In this document: one piece after another, positions 55,789 through 63,837 of the stretch | Layout: every line of letters begins with the position of its first letter | How positions within the stretch are numbered: position 1 is the first letter of the stretch | Assembly (NCBI GenBank): GCA_018434355.1 | Contig: JAHDPL010000031.1 | Coordinates: forward strand, 567-64,566 | DNA length: 64,000 nucleotides | Direction: 5' to 3' | Source: Sporomusaceae bacterium | Lineage (GTDB): Bacteria > Bacillota > Negativicutes > UBA1444 | Notes under the pieces: generated by a model | What the model was told of the DNA's origin: nothing | The model's database searches: none | Seen by the model: only the letters and a program-made list of their open reading frames with translations | Position numbers and translations under genes: made by a program

Positions 55789-58677
55789 ATGACCGTCAAC
55801 CAAGCACTGCTGAAAAGAATCGCCAAGCGGTTTCGCCAGGAGAAGACGATTGGTGATGCGATATTCAACGGCGTCCCCGGCATCATTTACCTGATTGATG
55901 CCGAGGGAATGGCCGTGCGCTGGAATCGCCGGCTGACGGAAAGCACCGGCTATTCGGACGAAGAAATTGGCCAGCTGCATTGTCTGGAATATTTTCGCGG
56001 CGCAGACGCAGAGCTGATTGCGCAGAAGGTGGCGCAGACGCTGACGGACGGCAGCTCGGACGCCGAGGTCGAGTTTTACCGCAAAGACGGTTCGCATTTT
56101 TCCATCTATCTGACGTCCGTTAGGGTGATCATTGACGGCAAGCCTTATATCGCCGGAGTCGGCATCGACATCAGCGAGCGGCGGCGCGCGGTGGAGGCGC
56201 TGGCCCGGTCCGAGGCGGAACTGCGGCGGCACAAAAAAGAGCTGGAACTGACGGTGGAACAACGGACCGCCGAGGTCGTGGCGGCCAACCAGGAACTGAC
56301 GGCGATGAATCAGGAAATGAGCGCGATGAACGAAGAGCTGCAGCACGCCAATAGCCAGCTCGGCGCGGAAATCGAACTGCGGCAGCAGCAAGAGGACGAG
56401 CTGCTGATGCGGGAACGCCAGTACCGTTCGGCAACCCGGCTATTGACCCGCCCGGTGGAAGAAACCGCTCCGGGTCTTGAGGCGATATTGCGCGATGCAT
56501 TGCAGCTGGTGAAGGCTCCGGCCGGCTATATCGGCCTTTACAACCCGGCGGAAAACCATGTCTGGCTCGGTCCGGTGATCGGTCCGCTGGATTTTGTGAT
56601 GATGAATCCGCGCCCGGCCGACCGAGGCGTGCTGGGGCATGTCGTGGAAACCGGCGAAACAGTCAGCGTGGAAGATTACCGGGACTATTCACGGCGCATC
56701 GACGACCCGATGCTGGCCCGGCTGACCAGCCTGATCACCGTGCCGCTCAAACACGGCGACCACCTAATCGGCACATTGACGGCGCATTGGCTGGATGAAC
56801 CCTACCCGTTCGGCAAGGAAGACGTCGAAGTGCTGACGCAATACGGCAACCTTGCAGCGGCGGTGCTGGAGCGGGCCGAGTCGCAGCAACGACTGGTGCG
56901 CAAGAACGAACTGTTGCAGAGCCTGGCGGACACGACGACGGCGCTGCTGGGGGAACTGGACCTCGGCATGGTGTTGCAGGGGATTTTGAAGCAGGCGACC
57001 ACATTGACCGGAATACCGCATGGTTTTGTCCAGCTGTTTGAAAAAGATGACAACATGGGAGCGGTGCGGGCCGGAGTCGGCGTCTATGCGGCGCAAGTCG
57101 GGACCACCGCCAAGGTCGAAGGCGGAGTATACGCCGAAGTGGTGCGGACCGGAAAAATGGTGGTAGTGGAAGACTATGCAAACTGGGCAAACCGACTGAC
57201 GACCAAGCGCCAGGCAGGTCTGAGCGTGGGCTTGCAAGCGCCGCTGAGGATCAACGACAAATTTATCGGCATCATCGGACTGGCAGCGTTTGGCGAGGCA
57301 GTGTCGCTGGACTCCGACAAACTGGCGGCGGTGGAACACCTGGCAGGCATTGCCGCGGTCGCGGTCAAGAACGCGCTGAGCCATGACGAGGCGAGAACCC
57401 TGGCTTATCAGGACGTGCTGACCGGGCTGGCGAACCGGGTCAGCCTCGGCCGCTGGCTGGAGGCGGAAATGCAAAGGGCCCGCTGCGCGCAAGCCCACGG
57501 CGCATTGTTCTTTATCGACATGGATGACCTGAAAACGATTAACGATACGTTCGGTCATTCGCTGGGCGACGAAGTCATCATCACCGCAGCCAGGCACATT
57601 CAGGACGCGGTCGGCAAGGAAGGATTCTTTGCCCGGATCGGCGGCGATGAATTTGTGGTCGGCCTGCCCGGCAACTCCGACCAGCTGGCGATCAGCATCC
57701 TGGCCGAGCGGCTGTTGCAATACCTTAGCCACGACTACGAGATCTCCGGCCAACACATCCACATGTCGGCCAGCATCGGCATCACGCTCTACCCCAGGGA
57801 CGGCGATACGCCGGACGAGATCCTGAAAAACGCCGACAGCGCGATGTACGCCGCCAAACGGAGCGGACGCAACTGCTGGTCGTTTTATGAACCGGTGCTG
57901 CAAACCGAAGCGTTTGAAAAAATGACCCTGACCAACAGCCTGCGGCGGGCGCTGGACCGCGAGGAGCTGCTGCTGCATTTCCAACCCTTCGTCCGTCTGC
58001 CGGACAAGCACATCATCGGCTTTGAAGCGCTGCTTCGCTGGAACAGCGCCGAACACGGACCTGTGTCGCCGGGCCGGTTCATTCCCTACGCCGAACAAAG
58101 CGGCATCATCGTTCCGCTCGGCTACTGGGTCGTCGCCGAAGCCTGCCGGTTTGCACAGCAACTCGGCGAAACAGGCCATGGCGACCTCTGCGTCGCGGTC
58201 AACATCTCGCCGCGCCAGCTGGCAGACGTCAACTTCATCGCGATGGTGCGCAGCGCCATCCATGAGTCGGGCATCCGGCCGCAGCAACTGGAAATCGAAG
58301 TCACCGAAAGCGTATTGATCGAGTCGATGGAGGAAAGCATCAAAAAGTTGCTCGCGCTAAAAGAACTCGGCGTGCGGATCGCGCTCGACGACTTTGGCAC
58401 CGGCTACTCCTCGCTGACCTACCTGCGGCGGCTGCCGGTCGGCACCCTGAAAGTCGACAAATCGTTCATCGACGATATTTTGGCGGACTGGGTCCAGGCC
58501 GACCTGGTCGGCTACATCATCGACATGGCCCACACGCTGAACCTGTCGGTCGTCGCCGAAGGAGTGGAAAGCGAGGCGCAGCTGGAAAAGTTGCACCAGT
58601 ACGAATGCGACTGCATCCAGGGCTACGTGTTCAGCCGACCGCTGCCGGCGGCGGAGGCGATGGGGCTGCTGAAGTGA
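55789..58677 (+). CDS. PAS-GAF-GAF-GGDEF-EAL signalling protein (c-di-GMP turnover)
   Basis: RIGGDEFVV (GGDEF), FEALLRW and DDFGTGYSSL (EAL), N-terminal PAS, a coiled-coil linker and two GAF-like regions. Confidence 0.9.
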   Translation: MTVNQALLKRIAKRFRQEKTIGDAIFNGVPGIIYLIDAEGMAVRWNRRLTESTGYSDEEIGQLHCLEYFRGADAELIAQKVAQTLTDGSSDAEVEFYRKDGSHFSIYLTSVRVIIDGKPYIAGVGIDISERRRAVEALARSEAELRRHKKELELTVEQRTAEVVAANQELTAMNQEMSAMNEELQHANSQLGAEIELRQQQEDELLMRERQYRSATRLLTRPVEETAPGLEAILRDALQLVKAPAGYIGLYNPAENHVWLGPVIGPLDFVMMNPRPADRGVLGHVVETGETVSVEDYRDYSRRIDDPMLARLTSLITVPLKHGDHLIGTLTAHWLDEPYPFGKEDVEVLTQYGNLAAAVLERAESQQRLVRKNELLQSLADTTTALLGELDLGMVLQGILKQATTLTGIPHGFVQLFEKDDNMGAVRAGVGVYAAQVGTTAKVEGGVYAEVVRTGKMVVVEDYANWANRLTTKRQAGLSVGLQAPLRINDKFIGIIGLAAFGEAVSLDSDKLAAVEHLAGIAAVAVKNALSHDEARTLAYQDVLTGLANRVSLGRWLEAEMQRARCAQAHGALFFIDMDDLKTINDTFGHSLGDEVIITAARHIQDAVGKEGFFARIGGDEFVVGLPGNSDQLAISILAERLLQYLSHDYEISGQHIHMSASIGITLYPRDGDTPDEILKNADSAMYAAKRSGRNCWSFYEPVLQTEAFEKMTLTNSLRRALDREELLLHFQPFVRLPDKHIIGFEALLRWNSAEHGPVSPGRFIPYAEQSGIIVPLGYWVVAEACRFAQQLGETGHGDLCVAVNISPRQLADVNFIAMVRSAIHESGIRPQQLEIEVTESVLIESMEESIKKLLALKELGVRIALDDFGTGYSSLTYLRRLPVGTLKVDKSFIDDILADWVQADLVGYIIDMAHTLNLSVVAEGVESEAQLEKLHQYECDCIQGYVFSRPLPAAEAMGLLK

Positions 58678-58701
58678 AAGTGAGGATGCACATGATATAA
58701 A

Positions 58702-58743
58702 AAGCAGGCTTTCGGCGGTATGGCCGGAAGCCTGCTTTTTTTT
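58702..58743. terminator. Bidirectional terminator
   Basis: AAGCAGGCTTTCGG...CCGGAAGCCTGCTT followed by T8, with an A-run upstream. Confidence 0.85.
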
Positions 58744-58759
58744 GAGGGGCGGGTTATTG

Positions 58760-59026
58760 TTACTTGCTGACCAGGTAGTCAATCAGGGCGGCTTTTTCCT
58801 CGTCATTCAGCGTCGCGCCTTTGCCGATCATCCGGTTGACTGTTGTTTGCCAACCCGCGCGGTCTTTGGTTTTGCTGGTGATGCGGTCCAGACCGTGACA
58901 GCCGCCGCAACGATCTTCCATGATCGCTTTGCCATCCGGCGTACTGAACCCGTGGGTAGGTACACTGAACATCGCCAGAAAAACTGCCAGGACCAAACCT
59001 GCTGCCAGTAGCGTCCATTTGTTCAC
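58760..59026 (-). CDS. Small membrane-anchored/secreted mono-haem c-type cytochrome
   Basis: N-terminal hydrophobic segment and a single CGGCH haem-binding motif. GTG start after AAGGAG. Confidence 0.7.
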   Translation of the reverse strand: MNKWTLLAAGLVLAVFLAMFSVPTHGFSTPDGKAIMEDRCGGCHGLDRITSKTKDRAGWQTTVNRMIGKGATLNDEEKAALIDYLVSK

Positions 59027-59156
59027 TGCGTTCAGCTCCTTTTATTTAATGCTACTATTGCGATGAATTCGCGGCGGGGGAGGGAAATCCTGCAGGAATA
59101 TTGGTAGCTATTAGAGAAGGAGATTCCTGAATAAAAACCGGCAGGAGGTTGAAACA

Positions 59157-59582
59157 ATGAACAGAAAAATTGCTGGGCTTGTGTTTCTCCTAATGATTTT
59201 CTTGTCGAACAATGTTTGGGCGGCGAACTGGGTGCATGTGGCAACCAATTGGTTTGGGCAAGACAAGATGTATGTCGATACTGAAAGCGTCTTCAAAACG
59301 AAGGATACGATCATCTTCTGGGAGTTGCTGGTGGAAGACGACACCCCGGATAAAGCGAACAAAATTCTTTATAAGTACGAAGCGACGCTCACGTCGCCGC
59401 GACAGCAAAGAACCCTGGAATACTTACTCTACAACCCCCAAGGGAAAGAAACTTTTCGCAACAAAAGAAGCGGCGGTTTCTTGCCGGTGCAAAAGACTTC
59501 CCCCGCTGACCAGTGCATTGACTTTGCGATAAAACACGCAAAAGAGGGAAAAGACGCTGGCGAAGTACCGGTATTGCCATAA
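59157..59582 (+). CDS. Secreted hypothetical protein (141 aa)
   Basis: Signal peptide (LLMIFLSNNVWA-ANW), GGAGG RBS, own terminator. No family recognised. Confidence 0.6.
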   Translation: MNRKIAGLVFLLMIFLSNNVWAANWVHVATNWFGQDKMYVDTESVFKTKDTIIFWELLVEDDTPDKANKILYKYEATLTSPRQQRTLEYLLYNPQGKETFRNKRSGGFLPVQKTSPADQCIDFAIKHAKEGKDAGEVPVLP

Positions 59583-59601
59583 GAGCATTTTTTTACAAAT
59601 A

Positions 59602-59642
59602 AAGTGCGTAGATTACAGACGGGAATCTACGCACTTTTTTCT
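59602..59642 (+). terminator. Rho-independent terminator
   Basis: AAGTGCGTAGATT...AATCTACGCACTT followed by T6. Confidence 0.85.
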
Positions 59643-59781
59643 ACTTAGTGACCAGATAATCAATCGGGGCTGCTTTTTCTTTGGCGCTTAGCGTCGCGGT
59701 CGTTGGTCTTGCTGGCAGGGCGATTCGGCTTTAAGGAAATTGTTGCGATGAATTCGCGGCGGGGGGAGGGAAGTCTTGCAG
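59641..59781 (-). pseudogene. Decayed, internally deleted duplicate of the cytochrome c gene 3' end plus its upstream region
   Basis: 59641-59703 aligns with 58760-58822 at about 75% identity; on the minus strand it encodes ...ATLSAKEKAAPIDYLVTK* versus ...GATLNDEEKAALIDYLVSK*. 59742-59781 aligns with 59057-59095 (TTGCGATGAATTCGCGGCGGGGG(G)AGGGAA). The CxxCH-coding part is missing. Confidence 0.7.
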
Positions 59782-59822
59782 AGAGGGGGGCGAGGGGGGG
59801 TAGGAGAGAGGATGGGAAGTGA

Positions 59823-60116
59823 GAAATAAGAGAGAAGAAAGGCAGGTGCAAGGACAGCGACGCCGGGAAGTCGCCGGCAAGCAAGATTCCGGCGGATAAG
59901 ACCGTCATCACTCCAAATCAGACCGAGCAGAAAGTCGATGTATACCGCATTACGCTGGACAAGGCCAAGTGGGGCGTGAGTGGGCTGGTGCTGGCAGGTG
60001 GGTCGGAACCAGTCGAATTCGGCGGCGGACCAGCATACCATAACAAGGACTGGTCGGTCTCGGCCGGCGTGACGACGCGTAGCCGGGTGTTTGTAATGGG
60101 AACGAAATATTTTTGA
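59823..60116 (+). pseudogene. Start-less 97-codon ORF with host-like GC3-rich codon usage; probable 3' remnant of a disrupted gene
   Basis: The frame is open from the stop at 59820-59822 to TGA 60114-60116 (...KVDVYRITLDKAKWGVSGLVLAGGSEPVEFGGGPAYHNKDW...). There is no ATG/GTG/TTG near its 5' end, so it is absent from the ORF track. Confidence 0.4.
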
Positions 60117-60294
60117 TGGCAGAGCCGCTTTGGGAAACCGGGGCGGCTTTTAAGTTTATATAAATCATATAGCATGAAAAATAAACATGAAAGCATTGAT
60201 GTTTTAGAGGAATTATTCAATTTAATGACGAAAAGGATTCAAACGATACTATTGTTACCCGTAGGTTGTATGAAGCGATTCGAGGAGTGAGTTT

Positions 60295-61050
60295 ATGAAG
60301 AATTTAACATTTGTATTACGTGCGAGCATATTTGGTGATTTTTCGAAAATTAAAGTAAACCCCGAGACATCAATTAAACTCACTTCTTTATTCAGTCAAT
60401 ATGGGTTTATCCCTTCAATTTATCAGGAAATTTATCTTAATGAATTGCAAAAAAGGCAACAATTGCTTGAATTTGATCAAGGGTGGAACATTAAGTTCGG
60501 AATTAATCGAATTGACGTTGAAAAAACGTTAAATCCCAAAAATAGAGAGCTTAATTATAGATTGCCTGACTTTATTGGTACTGCAATGAAATATTTAAAT
60601 ATTATTATTGCGGAGTTTGATATTATGGCAAATCGTTTAGCGTTATTCTCTGACAATTTGATTGTTATTTCAGAAAAAAAGGTGCTTGATGACATATATC
60701 GAAACCTCACAAACCCTCTCGATGCTTATAGAGATGTGAGTGTTTCTGAGTGGAATTTAAGATCGGTGACAAGAAAAACTGTGAAAGATAATGGATGGGA
60801 AGAAATTTTCAATGTTATTGTTGACGTAAGTAGGTCAAAAGGCACGATTCAACTTGGCGAAGATATTCCAGAAGAGTCGATAGATGATTTGAGGATTTAT
60901 TTTGATATTAATACTGTTCCTGAAAGTGATTCGCTAAGATTCGACGCAAGTTCATTAGAACCGTTTTTTTCTAATGCGTTGCGATTTGTAGGTGAAATAT
61001 CTTTGCAGATGGAGGGGAGATTTAATGTCAATCTTTCAAGTATTAGATAA
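60295..61050 (+). CDS. Island gene A: hypothetical protein, 251 aa, no family recognised
   Basis: GAGGAG RBS 8 nt upstream, low GC. The 3' end overlaps gene B by 26 nt. Soluble, with mixed alpha/beta-looking composition. Confidence 0.75.
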   Translation: MKNLTFVLRASIFGDFSKIKVNPETSIKLTSLFSQYGFIPSIYQEIYLNELQKRQQLLEFDQGWNIKFGINRIDVEKTLNPKNRELNYRLPDFIGTAMKYLNIIIAEFDIMANRLALFSDNLIVISEKKVLDDIYRNLTNPLDAYRDVSVSEWNLRSVTRKTVKDNGWEEIFNVIVDVSRSKGTIQLGEDIPEESIDDLRIYFDINTVPESDSLRFDASSLEPFFSNALRFVGEISLQMEGRFNVNLSSIR

Positions 61051-61780
61051 TGAAAGTTCGATTGAGTCTGACTCCAAGAAAAAAATACAAGTAACGAAAG
61101 ATGTAATTTCGTTCATAACATTCACATCACCTAACCAAATAACCAAAGGAAAAAACGTAGTATCCGCGGTCCCAACTAACAGCGATATATTTGATATGAA
61201 GCAAAAATCCTGCTTTTTTTATTGGACTGATACAGAAAAAGCCAGAGGGTGGGACTTTGTATCATCGTCTATACCTGCAAGCGTTGAACAACGAGGAAGT
61301 CAGCATTGTGAGGCAATGCTGACATTAACCGTTAATTCCCCAGAATCGAAGCTTATTATTTCCCAAATTAATCGAGAAGAATATGAAGCTGGATATGAAA
61401 ACGAATCAGAAGATATGATGAAATTGCTGATAGAAAAATATGGAATTGATAGATTTGGTAAATGGTTGCTGGAAATTTGGAAAGAAGGGTATACGACGAA
61501 TCCGCATTTATGTGTAGGGATTTTGCATATGGTATCCCATGTTTCTCCAAGTTATATTGAGCCCTATGGGTCTAACATTGCTATGGCTGCTGTTTCGCAT
61601 AAATCAATGGAGGTAAAGGAGTTTGGCATAAAGGTTTTTGAAAATTGGGGCGACCCGCAATACATTAAAGTGCTTGAAATGATGGATTGCGGAAATAAGT
61701 TGATAGATTCGTATCGAAATGTTGTTATCAGTTCTTTGAAAAATGAACAAAAGGTGTGTAATAATGCCATTACTGCTTAG
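61025..61780 (+). CDS. Island gene B: hypothetical protein, 251 aa, no family recognised
   Basis: ATG 61025 is 5 nt after GGAGGGGAG (61011-61019), inside gene A; the track ORF starts at 60992. The C-terminal half looks helical-repeat-like. Confidence 0.75.
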   Translation: MSIFQVLDNESSIESDSKKKIQVTKDVISFITFTSPNQITKGKNVVSAVPTNSDIFDMKQKSCFFYWTDTEKARGWDFVSSSIPASVEQRGSQHCEAMLTLTVNSPESKLIISQINREEYEAGYENESEDMMKLLIEKYGIDRFGKWLLEIWKEGYTTNPHLCVGILHMVSHVSPSYIEPYGSNIAMAAVSHKSMEVKEFGIKVFENWGDPQYIKVLEMMDCGNKLIDSYRNVVISSLKNEQKVCNNAITA

Positions 61781-62276
61781 ATCTGCTACATTAAGTCGCT
61801 GGGTTGATATAGATGATGAAATTAATATTGAAGATATTGATGCAGATGCAATTACTGATTTGCGGACAACGAAAAATAGACTATCCATGTGGCTGATTAG
61901 CGATGATAAAAAAGATATGGATAATGCAATTCTTGCATTGGCAACAAATCGGGATGGCATTGAAAAAATGTCTGTTTTCTTTGTTGAATTAAATGAAGTT
62001 GAAAAGTGTTTTTCTATTCAAAACACGCCAGGCCAAAGCCCTTTTATTGATGTGAACTCTAGTCATCGAGATGTTTGTGGGTTGACTCATAAAGGCTTGG
62101 GGAAATTGGCCGGTATTTGTTTAAACTCAGTAAAAAATTCTAATTGGGAAGAAATTAGTAAGAATAGAATCAAAGAAATGATAAAAAATGCCATACAAGA
62201 AAAGAGATTGACACGTGATTTGGTTAAGAAAAAACTGCAGGACAATATAGAAAAGGAAATTGGTTGGGATTTGTGA
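61764..62276 (+). CDS. Island gene C: hypothetical protein, 170 aa, no family recognised
   Basis: ATG 61764 is 7 nt after AAGGTG (61751-61756), inside gene B, with a 17-nt overlap. The alternative ATG 61743 has no RBS. A terminator follows. Confidence 0.7.
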   Translation: MPLLLRSATLSRWVDIDDEINIEDIDADAITDLRTTKNRLSMWLISDDKKDMDNAILALATNRDGIEKMSVFFVELNEVEKCFSIQNTPGQSPFIDVNSSHRDVCGLTHKGLGKLAGICLNSVKNSNWEEISKNRIKEMIKNAIQEKRLTRDLVKKKLQDNIEKEIGWDL

Positions 62277-62310
62277 AGACTAAAATTGTAGAAGATTTTC
62301 ATTTTGCCTG

Positions 62311-62339
62311 ACCGCTCACCTTCGGGTGGCGGTTTTTTT
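62311..62339 (+). terminator. Rho-independent terminator of the A-B-C operon
   Basis: ACCGCTCACC-TTCG-GGTGGCGGT followed by T7. Confidence 0.85.
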
Positions 62340-62452
62340 GTTTGTAGGCAGGAGTTTCTTTTGCATTATTGAATTGAATATCAACACTCCTGTTGTGCTG
62401 AAGAGATAAGGTTCTTGCTCATGAAAAAAAGTTTGTGGAGATGAAATGTGCT

Positions 62453-63370
62453 ATGGACAAAGAAAAATGGCGCTTGACAGAAGAATTGGTTGTATTGATA
62501 GAAAAACACATTTCGTCTGATTCAATAATCGAATATGATCAAAAACTTACAGACCTTTCTGGAGATAGCAGCGGTGGGCGCCAATGTGATGTCGTGATAC
62601 GGACGGGTAAGCCTCCGAGGGAAACCTTGACAATTGTAGAGGTTCAGGACAGGGGAACACCATTTAATATTACGACCTTTGATGGTCTGTACGACAAAAT
62701 GAGAAAAGTAGGTGCGCAGCATCTGATTTGTGTTTCAAGGCAAGAATTCCCCGAGTCTATAAAAAAAGCTGCTCTGCGACATGGTCCGACAATTCGGTTG
62801 GTTACGCTGAAAAACATTGAAGCAGGGGATTTCCCAATTAATTTTTGGGATAATACTATTGTTTGTGAACATAGGGGGATTATAAATATTGGCACAGTTG
62901 CTCATGGCGTGAAAAAAGGCGAAATTCCAATGCAAAAGCCTTCGAGTTCTAGCTCAAAAGATGAGATATATCTTTTGGGAGAAGAGAAGGCTTCAATTGC
63001 AGAGTTACTATTTCAATACATTGATAGAAACAAGTTGCTTTTAACTCCAGGTCTGAATGAGGTTGCAGTGAGCGTGCCATTTGACGATAGATGCCTGTCG
63101 TTTGTGTCAAGTGATAAACTAATCCAGGTAAAGGTTGATTTTTCAGCTACTGTTGAATTTGCCTACTATCGATTGCCGCTTAAGTATATGTCTTATAATC
63201 AACAGGATTGGAACCATCCTCTAGCATGGATTGCTGAAGCGAAAGGGACTGTCAATGGTAACGAAGTGACAATTAAAGGCTTAGTTAAACCAACAGGAGA
63301 CGGCAATTATGGATTCAATGTTATGGAGATATCACCCGGGTATAAACTGAAAGTGACTACTGCGATTTAA
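62453..63370 (+). CDS. Island gene D: hypothetical protein with an N-terminal PD-(D/E)xK-like (restriction-endonuclease-fold) motif
   Basis: RQCDVVIRTG...TLTIVEVQDRG...HLICVSRQEFPESIKKAA follows the beta-strand D ... E-x-(K/Q) pattern of Mrr/restriction-endonuclease-like folds. Start uncertain (GTG 62435, ATG 62441 or ATG 62453). The C-terminal ~150 aa are unassigned. Confidence 0.65.
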   Translation: MDKEKWRLTEELVVLIEKHISSDSIIEYDQKLTDLSGDSSGGRQCDVVIRTGKPPRETLTIVEVQDRGTPFNITTFDGLYDKMRKVGAQHLICVSRQEFPESIKKAALRHGPTIRLVTLKNIEAGDFPINFWDNTIVCEHRGIINIGTVAHGVKKGEIPMQKPSSSSSKDEIYLLGEEKASIAELLFQYIDRNKLLLTPGLNEVAVSVPFDDRCLSFVSSDKLIQVKVDFSATVEFAYYRLPLKYMSYNQQDWNHPLAWIAEAKGTVNGNEVTIKGLVKPTGDGNYGFNVMEISPGYKLKVTTAI

Positions 63371-63478
63371 TTATCTTGACTCCAAATACAAAAGCGGAAC
63401 AACAAAGTTGTAAATTTGAAGATAAATGCGAATATCTTGCAACCCCAATAAAATCGGCAATTCGCCAAGCTTTAAAGT

Positions 63479-63512
63479 GCCACCTCTCACCTTCGGGTGG
63501 GCGGCTTTATTT
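63479..63512 (+). terminator. Terminator-like hairpin sharing its core with the 62311 terminator
   Basis: GCCACCTCTCACC-TTCG-GGTGGGCGGC, an imperfect stem, then TTTATTT. It lies about 110 nt after the gene D stop. Confidence 0.5.
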
Positions 63513-63750
63513 CCTACAATTACCAAAACGTGCGCCATTTCGTGTGCCACCCTTATGCAAAATCAGCAAAAACACCCTAATTGGCACAAACTAATAATGT
63601 GGCAATAACGGCGTATTTTCGGCATTTTCACACAACGCCAAGTGTAGCAAAAAGCCAAAATCCGCACTTCAAAACCGTGTGTTTCAATGCTCTGCAAAAA
63701 CATGGTAGCTTGAAGTATTTCAAGAATGATGCCGTATGCTTGCAAATATA

Positions 63751-63785
63751 AAAACTGCTCCGACCGTATGATCGGAGCAGTTTTT
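63751..63785. terminator. Bidirectional terminator
   Basis: AAAACTGCTCCGA-CCGTATGA-TCGGAGCAGTTTT. Confidence 0.8.
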
Positions 63786-63837
63786 GCTAAACGGTCAAAA
63801 TCTGGATAAATTACGGGTCAAGGTCGAAGATGTTCTT

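Noticed and set aside
62311-63512. The possibility that the repeated CTCACCTTCGGGTGG units are CRISPR repeats.
   Set aside because: There are only two copies, about 1.2 kb apart. Each forms a terminator-type hairpin after a gene, there is no regular spacer array, and there are no cas genes. No CRISPR array was seen anywhere in the window.
63376-63745. Short ORFs of 60-72 aa in the island's non-coding tail (63376-63594, 63426-63608, 63563-63745).
   Set aside because: They overlap each other in different frames and strands, lack RBSs and have odd composition. They are more likely non-coding.
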